From Rhodospirillales bacterium (lineage in GTDB: Bacteria; Pseudomonadota; Alphaproteobacteria; SMXQ01), in assembly GCA_018666775.1 (NCBI GenBank), contig JABIXC010000007.1:190015-254014 (forward strand): 64,000 nucleotides of DNA, read 5' to 3'. Numbering within the stretch: position 1 is the first letter of the stretch; every line of letters starts with the position of its first letter. The notes beneath the pieces were generated by a model that was given only the letters and a program-made list of their open reading frames with translations, ran no database searches and was not told where the DNA came from. Both the position numbers and the translations under genes were made by a program. Shown here in pieces: positions 31,995 to 42,050 of the stretch.

Positions 31995-32636
31995 TTAACG
32001 CGGATATTGTCCATCAGGATGTGAGGCCCCGGGCGCCATGGCCCCCTCCGGCAACCGTCCCGGCAAGTTAAGCCGCCGTTTCTTGCGGTTTAGGTCAAGC
32101 TCTCCGGAACCGATCTGGAAGCCCCCCAAGATGACGTATTTGCTGGCATCGGGATAGTAAGCGGAGAAGGGAATGACCTGATCCAGACTTTCCGTGATGG
32201 AACCCTTATCGACATTGACCGGGAACACCAGGTCTGCATCGAACACTTCCTTGGCAAGGATGTTCCGTTCCGGGTCCATAATGGCGATAAAATATTGCAT
32301 TTTTGCGTGCCGCGTCTCATCCGCAGGGCCACGCCGGGCCACAATGGTCAGGTGCATGTCCACCTGCACCTCACGTTTTTTGCGGTTGTATTTGCACTTG
32401 GTCGCAATTTCATGGAGCCGCGCTTCATACAACAGGTCTGAGAGATCCCGACCTGCACCGGGCCGAAATTTCGTGACCTTGCCCGCATCTTTCAAAATCA
32501 CAATCTTTGGACACGGTGGCGGGGGCTTTTTGGACCCGAGTATCCCACAGGCACCAAGCAGCCCGATCACGGCCAATAAGGCCACAACCAGTCCCGGCCT
32601 AAAGCGCAACATGGCTGCCATCACAATAGGGTGCAT
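31995..32636 (-). CDS. Conserved hypothetical lipoprotein (start likely ATG 32621 or 32612)
   Basis: Lipobox LLGAC, PPPCPKIVIL, YFIAI pattern. Confidence 0.75.
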   Translation of the reverse strand: MHPIVMAAMLRFRPGLVVALLAVIGLLGACGILGSKKPPPPCPKIVILKDAGKVTKFRPGAGRDLSDLLYEARLHEIATKCKYNRKKREVQVDMHLTIVARRGPADETRHAKMQYFIAIMDPERNILAKEVFDADLVFPVNVDKGSITESLDQVIPFSAYYPDASKYVILGGFQIGSGELDLNRKKRRLNLPGRLPEGAMAPGASHPDGQYPR

Positions 32637-32838
32637 CGGTTGTGCGCTTGCACCCGCAAAGATAAAGCCGCATGGATTCCGCCACTTTCACGGGTTTAGG
32701 CTGGAATTCGGTACCTTCATGGGAACCATCACAGAAAGGCTGTGCTTTGGAACGCCCACAGGCGCACCACTGGTATTCCACGCCTGCCTCTAGATCGACT
32801 TGGTAATAGTTTTTTCTTGGCGTTTCTGGTTCAGCCAT
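32599..32838 (-). CDS. Double CDGSH iron-sulfur domain protein (CISD3/MiNT-like)
   Basis: WCACGRSKAQPFCDGSH and LCGCKRTTDAPYCDGSH; likely start ATG 32838. Confidence 0.92.
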   Translation of the reverse strand: MAEPETPRKNYYQVDLEAGVEYQWCACGRSKAQPFCDGSHEGTEFQPKPVKVAESMRLYLCGCKRTTDAPYCDGSHVAL

Positions 32839-32961
32839 TCCATGCTTCCCTTGTTCCAACAGCTATGTTTATCTGACCCGGTTATTTGTAAAAATAGCTC
32901 ATTCCTGCTTGATTTAAAGGCGAAACATCAGGAATTCATACAGAAACCCATTAAGGACGCT

Positions 32962-33927
32962 ATGGCGAATACCCCATCATCGCAGCAAAAGCCACCATTG
33001 CTGGTTCTTCTGGCCAATCCCCGGGGCTATTGCGCCGGGGTTGAACGGGCCATTCAGATGGTTGAGGCCGTCTTGCGCCAGCGCGAAGAGCCGGTTTATG
33101 TTCGCCATGAAATCGTCCACAACCGCCATGTGGTTGAAGAGCTTGAAGCCAAAGGTGCGGTTTTTGTCGATGAGGTTTCCCAAATTCCCAGCCAAGCCGT
33201 TGCCATTTTTTCGGCCCACGGGGTTGCGCGGCCCGTCGTCAAAGAAGCAGAGGCACGGGGTCTGGAATTTCTGGATGCCACCTGCCCTCTAGTCAACAAG
33301 GTTCACAACGAAACCCAACACCACCACGGCCAAGGCCGTCATGTGCTGTTGATTGGCCACAAGGATCACCCAGAGGTGATCGGCACCATGGGCCAAGTCC
33401 CCGTCGATGCCATGACCTTGGTGGAAAACATAGAACAGGCCGAAACCGTCAACGTGGCCGATGAAACCAGCCTTGCCTATGTCACCCAAACCACCCTGTC
33501 CGTCGATGATGCCGCCACCATCATCGAGGTACTTGAGCGTCGTTTCCCGGCCATGATTGCGCCCAACAAGGCCGATATCTGTTACGCCACCACCAATCGT
33601 CAGGATGCAGTGCGGGCCATCGCACCGAAGGCCGATGCGTTGCTGGTCATCGGTGCCCCCAATTCATCAAATTCCAATCGACTGGTCGAAGTTGCCCGGA
33701 ATTATGGATGCAAAAAATCGGTGTTGATTGAGCGGGCATCCGACATTGACTGGGATGATTTTGAAGACGTGCAGACCCTTGGCATAACGGCAGGTGCATC
33801 GGCACCAGAAGTTCTGGTACAAGAAGTGATCGAAACCTTGTCTATGCGCTTTCAGTTGCGCATTGAAGACGTTACCGTCAGACAGGAAGACGTTGTTTTT
33901 TCCCTGCCCAAGGGACTAGAAGATTAA
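32962..33927 (+). CDS. ispH: 4-hydroxy-3-methylbut-2-enyl diphosphate reductase
   Basis: PRGYCAGVERAI, HEIVHN, DATCPLVNKVH, DICYATTNRQ, NSSNSNRL, TAGASAPE; start set at ATG 32962. Confidence 0.96.
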   Translation: MANTPSSQQKPPLLVLLANPRGYCAGVERAIQMVEAVLRQREEPVYVRHEIVHNRHVVEELEAKGAVFVDEVSQIPSQAVAIFSAHGVARPVVKEAEARGLEFLDATCPLVNKVHNETQHHHGQGRHVLLIGHKDHPEVIGTMGQVPVDAMTLVENIEQAETVNVADETSLAYVTQTTLSVDDAATIIEVLERRFPAMIAPNKADICYATTNRQDAVRAIAPKADALLVIGAPNSSNSNRLVEVARNYGCKKSVLIERASDIDWDDFEDVQTLGITAGASAPEVLVQEVIETLSMRFQLRIEDVTVRQEDVVFSLPKGLED

Positions 33928-33961
33928 GTAAAATCCAGTTGAAACAAGGGTTTGTCTGATT

Positions 33962-34927
33962 ATGGCAGTGTATACAGAAGTCAATGATGATGAGCTGAGT
34001 GCGTTTTTGACCCAATACGATTTGGGGCAATTGTTATCGTATAAAGGCATTGCGGAAGGCGTGGAAAATTCCAATTTTCTGCTCCAGACCGATCAAGGCA
34101 ACTTCATCCTGACCCTGTATGAAAAAAGGACAAAAAAGGAAGACCTGCCCTTTTTTCTGGACCTGATGGATCATCTGGCAGCATCAGACTTTGCCTGCCC
34201 CACCCCGGTTCATGGCCGTGATGGGAAAGCGCTGAAGACCCTGGCAGGACGGCCAGCCGCCATTGTCAGTTTCCTGAATGGCGTTTGGCCACGGCGTATC
34301 CAGCCCTATCACACCGCAGCCCTTGGCAAGGCCATGGCCCAAATGCATCTGGCCAGCGAAGCCTTCACCCAGACCCGAAGCAACGATCTTGGGCTTGCCC
34401 AATGGCGGCCCTTGTTTAACCAGATCAGCGCAAACGTCGATGATATTTCGAAGGGGCTCGGCGATGAAATCATGACAGAACTGGATGCGCTGGAAGCCAA
34501 TTGGCCTGAAGGCCTGCCGCACGGCATCATTCATGCTGATCTTTTTCCGGACAACGTATTTTTTCTTGGCAAAGATTTTTCGGGCTTCATTGATTTCTAT
34601 TTTTCCTGCACCGATTCCTATGCCTACGATCTCGCCATTTGTCTGAATGCCTGGTGCTTTGAAAAAGACAACAGCTTTAACATCACCAAGGCCCGCCACA
34701 TGTTTCAGGGATATCAAAAGCTGCGCCCCCTTGTTGCATCGGAACTGGCGGCGTTGACCTGGCTGGCCCGGGGGGCGGCCATGCGGTTTTTACTGACCCG
34801 TCTTTATGACTGGATCAACCATCCCGAAGGCGCCATGGTCACGGCCAAAGACCCCAAAGAATATTTGAGCAAATTGCGGTTTCATCAAAGGCTGTCCGGG
34901 CCCGGAGCGTATGGGCTTGATGGCTGA
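33962..34927 (+). CDS. thrB: Homoserine kinase type II
   Basis: [37 protein letters not shown]. Confidence 0.94.
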   Translation: MAVYTEVNDDELSAFLTQYDLGQLLSYKGIAEGVENSNFLLQTDQGNFILTLYEKRTKKEDLPFFLDLMDHLAASDFACPTPVHGRDGKALKTLAGRPAAIVSFLNGVWPRRIQPYHTAALGKAMAQMHLASEAFTQTRSNDLGLAQWRPLFNQISANVDDISKGLGDEIMTELDALEANWPEGLPHGIIHADLFPDNVFFLGKDFSGFIDFYFSCTDSYAYDLAICLNAWCFEKDNSFNITKARHMFQGYQKLRPLVASELAALTWLARGAAMRFLLTRLYDWINHPEGAMVTAKDPKEYLSKLRFHQRLSGPGAYGLDG

Positions 34928-35390
34928 TAACACCCTGGATTTTTCCGAAAAAGACGATGACGGCGTCCTTGATATCTTTACCGATGGGGCATGTTCAGGC
35001 AATCCCGGCCCCGGCGGTTGGGGCGCGCTTCTGCGCTGGGGCCGCACCGAAAAAGAAATGAATGGTGGCGAACCTGAGACCACCAACAATCGTATGGAAT
35101 TAATGGCCGCCATCATGAGCCTTGAAAGCCTGACCCGCCCGGTCAAGGTTCGCGTACACACCGATAGCCAGTATGTGCGCAATGGCATTACCAAATGGAT
35201 CACCAATTGGAAACGCAACGGCTGGAAGACTGCTGCAAAAAAGCCGGTGAAAAATGCTGATCTTTGGCAGCGGCTGGAAGATGCCGCCAACAAACATAGC
35301 GTCGAATGGCATTGGGTCCGGGGCCATGACGGACACGTGGAAAACGAACGCGCCGATGAATTAGCCCGGGACGGTGTGCCCCGGCGCTAA
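34911..35390 (+). CDS. rnhA: Ribonuclease HI (start possibly ATG 34920)
   Basis: [42 protein letters not shown]...NERADELA. Confidence 0.96.
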   Translation: MGLMADNTLDFSEKDDDGVLDIFTDGACSGNPGPGGWGALLRWGRTEKEMNGGEPETTNNRMELMAAIMSLESLTRPVKVRVHTDSQYVRNGITKWITNWKRNGWKTAAKKPVKNADLWQRLEDAANKHSVEWHWVRGHDGHVENERADELARDGVPRR

Positions 35391-35409
35391 TTCAGAACGT
35401 TTTTAGATG

Positions 35410-35892
35410 TTAAAGGGCGGCCAGGATCGCTTCTGCGCTAGATACATCAAAGGCACCCGCTTCTTCCACATTAAGAACACTGACCGTGCCATCATCGACA
35501 ATCATGGCATAGCGTTGTGAACGCGGGCCCATGCCCTTGGACACCAGATCAAGACCAAGACCCAGTTCATTTGCAAAAATGGCGGAGCCATCGGCCAACA
35601 TCGCAACCGCGTCTCCTGCATTCTGGGACGTGCCCCATGCATCCATGACAAAGGCATCGTTCACGGAAACACATGCAATTTCATCGACACCTTTGGCCTT
35701 AATAGCATCAGCATTTTTGATGAACCCGGGCAGATGTTTGGCTGAACAGGTGGGGGTAAATGCCCCGGGGAGGGCAAAAATAACCACCTTGCGGCCTTTG
35801 AAAAATTCGTCCGTGGAAACCTGTTCAATTCCATCTGCGGTTTTCTGTTGAAGGGATAGGGAAGGTATTTTTTCGCCGACTTTGATGGTCAT
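35410..35892 (-). CDS. Peroxiredoxin, Prx5/type II
   Basis: LPGAFTPTCSAKHLPGF, SVNDAFVMDAW, RSQRYAMIV. Confidence 0.94.
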   Translation of the reverse strand: MTIKVGEKIPSLSLQQKTADGIEQVSTDEFFKGRKVVIFALPGAFTPTCSAKHLPGFIKNADAIKAKGVDEIACVSVNDAFVMDAWGTSQNAGDAVAMLADGSAIFANELGLGLDLVSKGMGPRSQRYAMIVDDGTVSVLNVEEAGAFDVSSAEAILAAL

Positions 35893-35907
35893 GGGGCTCT
35901 CCTGATG

Positions 35908-35939
35908 TGTGAATGATTATCAACTGCGAATGTTTCGCA
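35908..35939. promoter_or_regulatory. Two tandem Fur-family-like 7-1-7 boxes upstream of the peroxiredoxin
   Basis: TGTGAAT-G-ATTATCA (35908-35922) and TGCGAAT-G-TTTCGCA (35925-35939), 16 bp upstream of the start codon. Confidence 0.5.
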
Positions 35940-35975
35940 AAATTTTGGCGCAAATACAAACACATTTAACAGAGA

Positions 35976-37967
35976 TTATTTTTTTAAGCCCGCACGGGTA
36001 AAGGCATCCATCACCCGGGCTTCGGTCAAAAGTTCGGGCAGGGCAATGCCCGATGGTCTACCTGGGCCATAAACCACATTAAACGGAATGCCAAAACGGC
36101 CAAACCGTTGTAAATAAGCCGAAATTTCAGGATTTGGCCGGGTCCAATCTGCCCGCATGGCAACGACATTGCCGACCCCAAGATGATGGCCGACCCTACC
36201 GCGATCAATGACCAAAGCCTTGTTGACCTTGCACGTCAGGCACCAATCTGCCGTCACATCGACAAAAACCACCTTGCCTGCCCCGATCAGATTGAAAATC
36301 TCGACCTTATCAAATGCCTTCCAGGCAATTTTTTCAGGGGCTTGGGTCTGGTGGCCGGGGGGACTGATCAGGGTCCATAAAATAGACCCCAGCCATACCG
36401 CCGTCAGGATCAATGCCACGCCTAAGGTCTTTCGCAATCCACCCATCCATGAACCCGGACGCGGCAGGCTGGTGGCCAGCCCCGGCCATGCAGCCACCAT
36501 CAGATAGGGTGTCGCCAATCCAAGGCCCAGCATTGCAAACACCGCCATGATCTCAACCGTTCCCTGGGTCAGGGCGAAGCCTATGGCAGTTCCAAGAAAG
36601 GGCGCTGAACAGGGCGTTGCCAAAAGGGTCGCAAATGCGCCTGTGGCAAAGGCGCCGCTTAAACTTTTGCCACCCCCGCCATCATTCCCCGCCATGGTGC
36701 CAATGAATCCCGGTAGGCGAATTTCAAACAAGCCAAAAAGATTGGCCGCAAACAGGCCTAGAACGACCATCATTGCGCCCAGAAACCACGGCTCTTGAAA
36801 CTGGGTGCCCCAGCCGACTGCCGCACCCGCACTTTTAAGGGCAATGGCGCCACCCGCCAGCACCATGAATGAAAAAATGATCCCGGCCGATGTTGCCAAA
36901 AATCCACGGCGTACCTGGAATGCATCACCCCCGCCGTGGCCCACGACGGACAGAACTTTCATGGAAAGAACCGGCAACACACACGGCATGAGGTTGAGAA
37001 TCAGGCCGCCTAAAAAGGCGATGCCCAAAATTAACAGCAATGCCATTCCGGTTCCGGCATTTGAAGCCCCATTGATCCCGGATCGCATTGGCGGTGAAAC
37101 AGTTTGCTCAACCGCGTTGCCTTGATCGCCCAATGTCAGGGTTAAGACCGGGGCCTTTGGAAAATTGCCCCCAGCTGCAAAAATTGGAACGCGGACCAGC
37201 GCTGTTTTCCGGTCATTGGAAAAGCTCACCCCGGGTGTGCCAAACCGCAAACTCGGCGGACCTTCGACCAGCACCAATGGATCACTGAAACGCGTGCGGT
37301 TTGCTGCCAAAAACTCCAGCACAGACGTTTTTTGCGTATCTTTTTTTGATGTAATAATAGATGCACCCTTGATGGAAAATGCCATCGAAGATGAATTTTG
37401 GGCATTGGCAATTTTTGGCACACGCGCTCGATACCGTGCCAAATCATCCCTATGCGGTGTGGCACCGGGCGATACTTTGGCACTTGGTAAGACCAGAGAC
37501 AGGGTCGCATCATAAGGAATGCAGACCTTTTCACAGATCAAATACGAAACTTTCGCCCGCAGCACGGCCGGCGAGTTTGCATCATGGGCCCTAAAATCGA
37601 TGGGCAAAATTACATCATTGCTATAGACGAACGTCGTCAGCCCAAAAAGCGAATAGCGTTCCGGCAGGGGCCAATGAACCGTCCCATCTTTGAAATTTTT
37701 CGATCCCGTCCAGTTGATCCGGGGCGGCACACCGGCATCGCCGGGAGAACGCCAATAAACTTTCCAGCCCGGCAGCATCCGAAATTGCAGCCCAAGGGCT
37801 GCTTTCCCATCGGGCCCCAAATGCGTTTGCCCGGCAATCAGGCGCACCGATGACTGATCGGTTTTGACCCAATTGGAAGAAAATGGCTCAGCCTGAAGGG
37901 CGGGCGCATAAATCGCGCAAAAAGCCAAAATGCCGCCCCATGACCACAAAATTATCTTTTTAAACAA
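35976..37967 (-). CDS. Protein-disulfide reductase, DsbD family
   Basis: GWKVYWRSPGDAG, LICEKVCIPY, LNLMPCVLPVL, LATPCSAPFLG, ADWCLTC, GIPFNVVY. Confidence 0.93.
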   Translation of the reverse strand: MFKKIILWSWGGILAFCAIYAPALQAEPFSSNWVKTDQSSVRLIAGQTHLGPDGKAALGLQFRMLPGWKVYWRSPGDAGVPPRINWTGSKNFKDGTVHWPLPERYSLFGLTTFVYSNDVILPIDFRAHDANSPAVLRAKVSYLICEKVCIPYDATLSLVLPSAKVSPGATPHRDDLARYRARVPKIANAQNSSSMAFSIKGASIITSKKDTQKTSVLEFLAANRTRFSDPLVLVEGPPSLRFGTPGVSFSNDRKTALVRVPIFAAGGNFPKAPVLTLTLGDQGNAVEQTVSPPMRSGINGASNAGTGMALLLILGIAFLGGLILNLMPCVLPVLSMKVLSVVGHGGGDAFQVRRGFLATSAGIIFSFMVLAGGAIALKSAGAAVGWGTQFQEPWFLGAMMVVLGLFAANLFGLFEIRLPGFIGTMAGNDGGGGKSLSGAFATGAFATLLATPCSAPFLGTAIGFALTQGTVEIMAVFAMLGLGLATPYLMVAAWPGLATSLPRPGSWMGGLRKTLGVALILTAVWLGSILWTLISPPGHQTQAPEKIAWKAFDKVEIFNLIGAGKVVFVDVTADWCLTCKVNKALVIDRGRVGHHLGVGNVVAMRADWTRPNPEISAYLQRFGRFGIPFNVVYGPGRPSGIALPELLTEARVMDAFTRAGLKK

Positions 37968-38107
37968 TGGGTTATGAAATCCTGTTTATTCAAATCAGAG
38001 AATCTGACACCTTTTTAGACCATTTTTGGCCAAAGTTGGGTCACCTTCGATCAATTCATTGTTATGATACCCTTGTTTTTGGGCCTCATCATAGCGAAGT
38101 TGGAACC

Positions 38108-38692
38108 ATGGAAGACGAAAACGAAAAACAAAATCCAGACGGTTATTTAAAGGGGCAATTCCTGATTGCCATGCCCCAAATGGCAGACCCCCGTTTTGCC
38201 CAGGCCGTCATTTATATCTGTGCCCACACCGAAGACGGCGCCATGGGGCTTGTGATCAATCAGGCCATCGATTCCATTACCTTCCCCAAACTTCTGGAAC
38301 AACTGGAAATAGATGCATCCGAACACAACGACCCGATCCAGGTCATGTTCGGAGGCCCCGTTGAAACGGGCCGGGGCTTTGTTTTGCATTCTGCCGACTA
38401 CGTCCAGGATTCAACCCTGCTTGTCGATGACACCATTGCCATGACGGCAACCATTGAGATCATCCGCGCCATTGCCGGCGGCGAAGGGCCAAACCAGAGC
38501 CTTCTGGCCCTGGGTTACGCCGGATGGGGACCGGGACAGCTTGACCGTGAAATCCAGGAAAATGGATGGCTTAATGTTACCGCAGACAAAGAGCTTTTGT
38601 TTAATACCGATGTATCCAGAAAATGGGAAAAGGCACTGGCCAAAATTGGTGTCAGCGCCATCACCCTGTCAGGGGAAGCCGGACACGCATAA
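38108..38692 (+). CDS. YqgE/AlgH-family protein
   Basis: FLIAMPQMADPRFAQAVIYIC.H, GGPVETGRGFVLHS, LGYAGWGPGQLDREIQENGW; start set at ATG 38108. Confidence 0.92.
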   Translation: MEDENEKQNPDGYLKGQFLIAMPQMADPRFAQAVIYICAHTEDGAMGLVINQAIDSITFPKLLEQLEIDASEHNDPIQVMFGGPVETGRGFVLHSADYVQDSTLLVDDTIAMTATIEIIRAIAGGEGPNQSLLALGYAGWGPGQLDREIQENGWLNVTADKELLFNTDVSRKWEKALAKIGVSAITLSGEAGHA

Positions 38693-38703
38693 CCGGGTAT
38701 CAA

Positions 38704-39327
38704 TTATTTTAGGCTCTTTTGGGCCTTCTGTGCTTTTTGTGCTGCTGCTTCTTCGACCAGAATCGCATACAGGGAATGGTCTTCCCAGACGCCATTGATC
38801 TTCAGATATTTTGGCGCCAGGCCCTCTTTTCTAAATCCCGCTTTCTCTAAAACCCTGCAACTGGCTTCATTTCTGGGCAGGCACGCCGCTTCCAGTCGAT
38901 GCATATAAAGGTGTTCGAAGAAGAATTCCTTGATGCATCCCAAAGCATCGGTCATCACGCCCTGGCGGGCAAAGGGTTCACCCACCCAATACCCAAGGGT
39001 CCCCGTCTGGGCAATGCCGCGTCGCACGCCGGAAAGGGTAATGCCCCCACATAATCTTTCATTGTCGCGAGAAAAAATGAAAAAGGCATAGCCATACCCC
39101 GATTCCCATTCTTCGGCGTAATACCCCAAGCGACGGCGATACGTTGACCGGCTATGGCTGTCACGGGTCCATTTTGGCTCCCACGGCACCAGAAAATCCT
39201 TTGAGCGTTCACGAAGGGTTGCCCATTCCTGCCAATCATCATCATGGGGGGGGCGAATAAAAATAGACTGGCCATCTATCCGTTCATCAACAGGCAATTT
39301 GGGTGATGCGCGAAAGATATCAAACAT
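38704..39327 (-). CDS. RimJ-like GNAT N-acetyltransferase
   Basis: LRERSKDFLVPWEPKW, GYWVGEPFARQG, HRLEAACLPRNEAS, YLKINGVWEDH. Confidence 0.9.
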   Translation of the reverse strand: MFDIFRASPKLPVDERIDGQSIFIRPPHDDDWQEWATLRERSKDFLVPWEPKWTRDSHSRSTYRRRLGYYAEEWESGYGYAFFIFSRDNERLCGGITLSGVRRGIAQTGTLGYWVGEPFARQGVMTDALGCIKEFFFEHLYMHRLEAACLPRNEASCRVLEKAGFRKEGLAPKYLKINGVWEDHSLYAILVEEAAAQKAQKAQKSLK

Positions 39328-39330
39328 GTT

Positions 39331-40575
39331 CTACTCCGCGGGCTCCATCGCCTCAAGCTGGCTTGTCGGGCCAAGGGCGGCCAAGGTTTGGGGACCAGAA
39401 AACAACCGCTGGGCCACCCGATTAATGGCCTCGCCATCCACGGCATCAATTTTTTCAACGATTTCTTCAACGCTTAAAGGTCGGCCATAAACCAGAATAT
39501 GCTGCCCCAGGCGCTCAGCTCGGGCACGGGTATTTTCCAGTGCCATCAAAAGCCCCGCCTTCAATTGGGCACGGGAACGGGAAATTTCATGCTCGTCAAT
39601 TTTTTCACCAATACGTGCCAACTCATCGCGCACCACCGGCAAAAGCTCTGACACTTTGTCACCGCCAGTGCCCGCATAAATGCCAAACAACCCGGTATCA
39701 CGATAGGCCGCGGCAAAGGAATAGATGGAATAAACAAGGCCCCGCTTTTCACGAATTTCCTGAAACAACCGCGAAGACATGCCGCCGCCCAAAATCGAAG
39801 ACAACACCCCATTGACGTAATAATCGGGATCACCATACGGAATGCCATCAAACCCAAGAACCAAATGCAATTGTTCCAGATCACGATTAACCACATGCCG
39901 CCCGCCCTTATACCGGCCGGGTTCGGTGTCAATTTTGGCCTTTGGTGATAGCCCCGCAAAAGCATCTTCGGCCAACCTGACAAAGGCTTCGTGGTCCACC
40001 TTGCCCGATGCCACCAAAACCATGCGATCAGCGCCATAATGATCGGACATATAACCTGAAATCGTTTCCCGGGTCATGGCTTTGATGCCATCTGCAGTGC
40101 CAAGGATGGAGCGGCCCAAAGCCTGGGCTGGATAGGCCGTTTCCTGAAAATAGTCAAAAATCATATCATCGGGGGTGTCTGCACATTGGCCGATTTCCTG
40201 GATCACCACCGCCCGTTCCCGTTCCAGCTCTTCTGCTTCGAACGTGGAATTGAGCAAAATATCGGACAAAATATCGACCGCCATTGGCATGTCGTCGCTC
40301 ATCACCCGCAGGTAATAGGCCGTATTTTCCCGGGATGTATACGCGTTGATCTGGCCGCCCACGGTTTCAACTTCATCCACGATGTCCTGGGATGAACGGC
40401 GTTTGGTTCCCTTAAACGCCATATGTTCCAGCATATGGGAAACACCGTTTACACCCGCACCCTCGTCTCTGGCGCCGGTACCAACCCAAACCCCAATGGC
40501 GGCGGTTTCGACATGATCCATCCTGTCGCTGACCACCTTCAGGCCACTGGACAGGGTACTGATTTCAATGCTCAT
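39331..40575 (-). CDS. M16 (pitrilysin/MPP-like) metallopeptidase
   Basis: Inverted zinc motif GVSHMLEHMAFKGT, NAYTSRENTAYY, GGGMSSRLFQEIREKRGL. Confidence 0.94.
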   Translation of the reverse strand: MSIEISTLSSGLKVVSDRMDHVETAAIGVWVGTGARDEGAGVNGVSHMLEHMAFKGTKRRSSQDIVDEVETVGGQINAYTSRENTAYYLRVMSDDMPMAVDILSDILLNSTFEAEELERERAVVIQEIGQCADTPDDMIFDYFQETAYPAQALGRSILGTADGIKAMTRETISGYMSDHYGADRMVLVASGKVDHEAFVRLAEDAFAGLSPKAKIDTEPGRYKGGRHVVNRDLEQLHLVLGFDGIPYGDPDYYVNGVLSSILGGGMSSRLFQEIREKRGLVYSIYSFAAAYRDTGLFGIYAGTGGDKVSELLPVVRDELARIGEKIDEHEISRSRAQLKAGLLMALENTRARAERLGQHILVYGRPLSVEEIVEKIDAVDGEAINRVAQRLFSGPQTLAALGPTSQLEAMEPAE

Positions 40576-41987
40576 GCTTTTGTGCCCTTCAGGGTTTGGC
40601 GAACAAATTCCTGCACGCCGCCCAAATCAGCGGGCAGCACCTGAAAGCGTTCAACACGTTCGTATAAATCTGCCATATGGGGCGGCAATGGCGGCGTAAT
40701 ACCCGTCGCTTTTTCCACAGCATCGGGGAATTTTGCAGGATGGGCCGTCGCCAAAGAGACCACGGGGATATCCATGGAAAGGGTCCCATCTTTGCGCTTG
40801 GACCTGGCACCGGCCACAGCAATGGCCGAATGGGGGTCCAATAATTCACCGGTTGCCGCATAGGTCGCACGGATTTCATCCAACACGCCCGCATCATCCA
40901 ACCGAAAGCCCGTGAACACCGATTTTGCTTCGGCCCAGCCTTTTTCATCCAAAGCCAATTCCCCGGTATCGGTAAATTTGGCCATTTGTTGGGCCACCCG
41001 TGATCCATTGCGATCCAAAAGATCAAACAGGAACCGTTCAAAATTTGAGGCCACTTGAATATCCATGCTGGGGGCAAGGGAGGGGTGCACATCACCCAAT
41101 GTCATGACGCCGGTGTTAATCAGGTGCGACATAATATCGTTGGCATTGGTTGCCAGAACCAGTTTTTCAATGGGCAGGCCCATGGCGCGCGCCACATAGC
41201 CCGCATAGATATTGCCAAAATTTCCCGTGGGCACCGAAAAAGCCAGCTTCCGGTCTGGTGCCCCAAGGGCGGCCCCGGCCACGAAGTAATAAACCAATTG
41301 GCCCAAAATACGCGCCCAGTTGATGGAATTCACCCCCGACATAGAAATGTCGTCGCGAAATTTAGTGTCGTTGAACATGGCCTTTAACAAGGCCTGACAA
41401 TCATCAAAGGTGCCATCAATGGCAATGGCATGGACATTGGGGGCATCGATACAGGTCATCTGGCGACGCTGCACCTCTGACACCCGGCCATTGGGATAGA
41501 GCACAAAAATATCGATGGCATCGCGGCCCTGCATGGCATCAATGGCCGCAGACCCGGTATCGCCTGATGTGGCCCCGATGATGGTCACCCGTTGCCCGCG
41601 CGTTGTCAGCGCATGGTTAAACAGATTGCCCAACAACTGCATGGCGTAGTCTTTGAATGCCAGGGTAGGGCCGTGGAACAGTTCCATCAACCACAGGTCT
41701 GGTTCCAATTCCTTCATGGGCGCCACGGCCGCATGGGTGAATTTTTTATACGTCTCAGCGACGATATCGCCATAGGTTTCTTTATTGATGGAATCACCAA
41801 TAAACGGCTGCGTCACCCGCAATGCCACCTCGGCATAGTCCAGCCCCGCCAGTGCCGACATATCGCCCGCGCGCATAACGGGCCAGGATTCGGGCACATA
41901 AAGTCCCCCGTCACGGGCCAGCCCCGCCAACATGGCATCGGTGAAATCAAGATCGGGGGCAGATCCCCTGGTAGAAATATAACGCAA
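40572..41987 (-). CDS. thrC: Threonine synthase
   Basis: MRYISTRG, ELFHGPTLAFKD (PLP Lys), ATSGDTGSAA, NSINWARI, VPTGNFG, ATAHPAKF. Confidence 0.96.
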   Translation of the reverse strand: MRYISTRGSAPDLDFTDAMLAGLARDGGLYVPESWPVMRAGDMSALAGLDYAEVALRVTQPFIGDSINKETYGDIVAETYKKFTHAAVAPMKELEPDLWLMELFHGPTLAFKDYAMQLLGNLFNHALTTRGQRVTIIGATSGDTGSAAIDAMQGRDAIDIFVLYPNGRVSEVQRRQMTCIDAPNVHAIAIDGTFDDCQALLKAMFNDTKFRDDISMSGVNSINWARILGQLVYYFVAGAALGAPDRKLAFSVPTGNFGNIYAGYVARAMGLPIEKLVLATNANDIMSHLINTGVMTLGDVHPSLAPSMDIQVASNFERFLFDLLDRNGSRVAQQMAKFTDTGELALDEKGWAEAKSVFTGFRLDDAGVLDEIRATYAATGELLDPHSAIAVAGARSKRKDGTLSMDIPVVSLATAHPAKFPDAVEKATGITPPLPPHMADLYERVERFQVLPADLGGVQEFVRQTLKGTKA

Positions 41988-42050
41988 AGCTTTTTCTCCG
42001 CCCCGTACATTGGGGATAAATCGGTCTAGAGACTACCCGCGCCTATGCTT

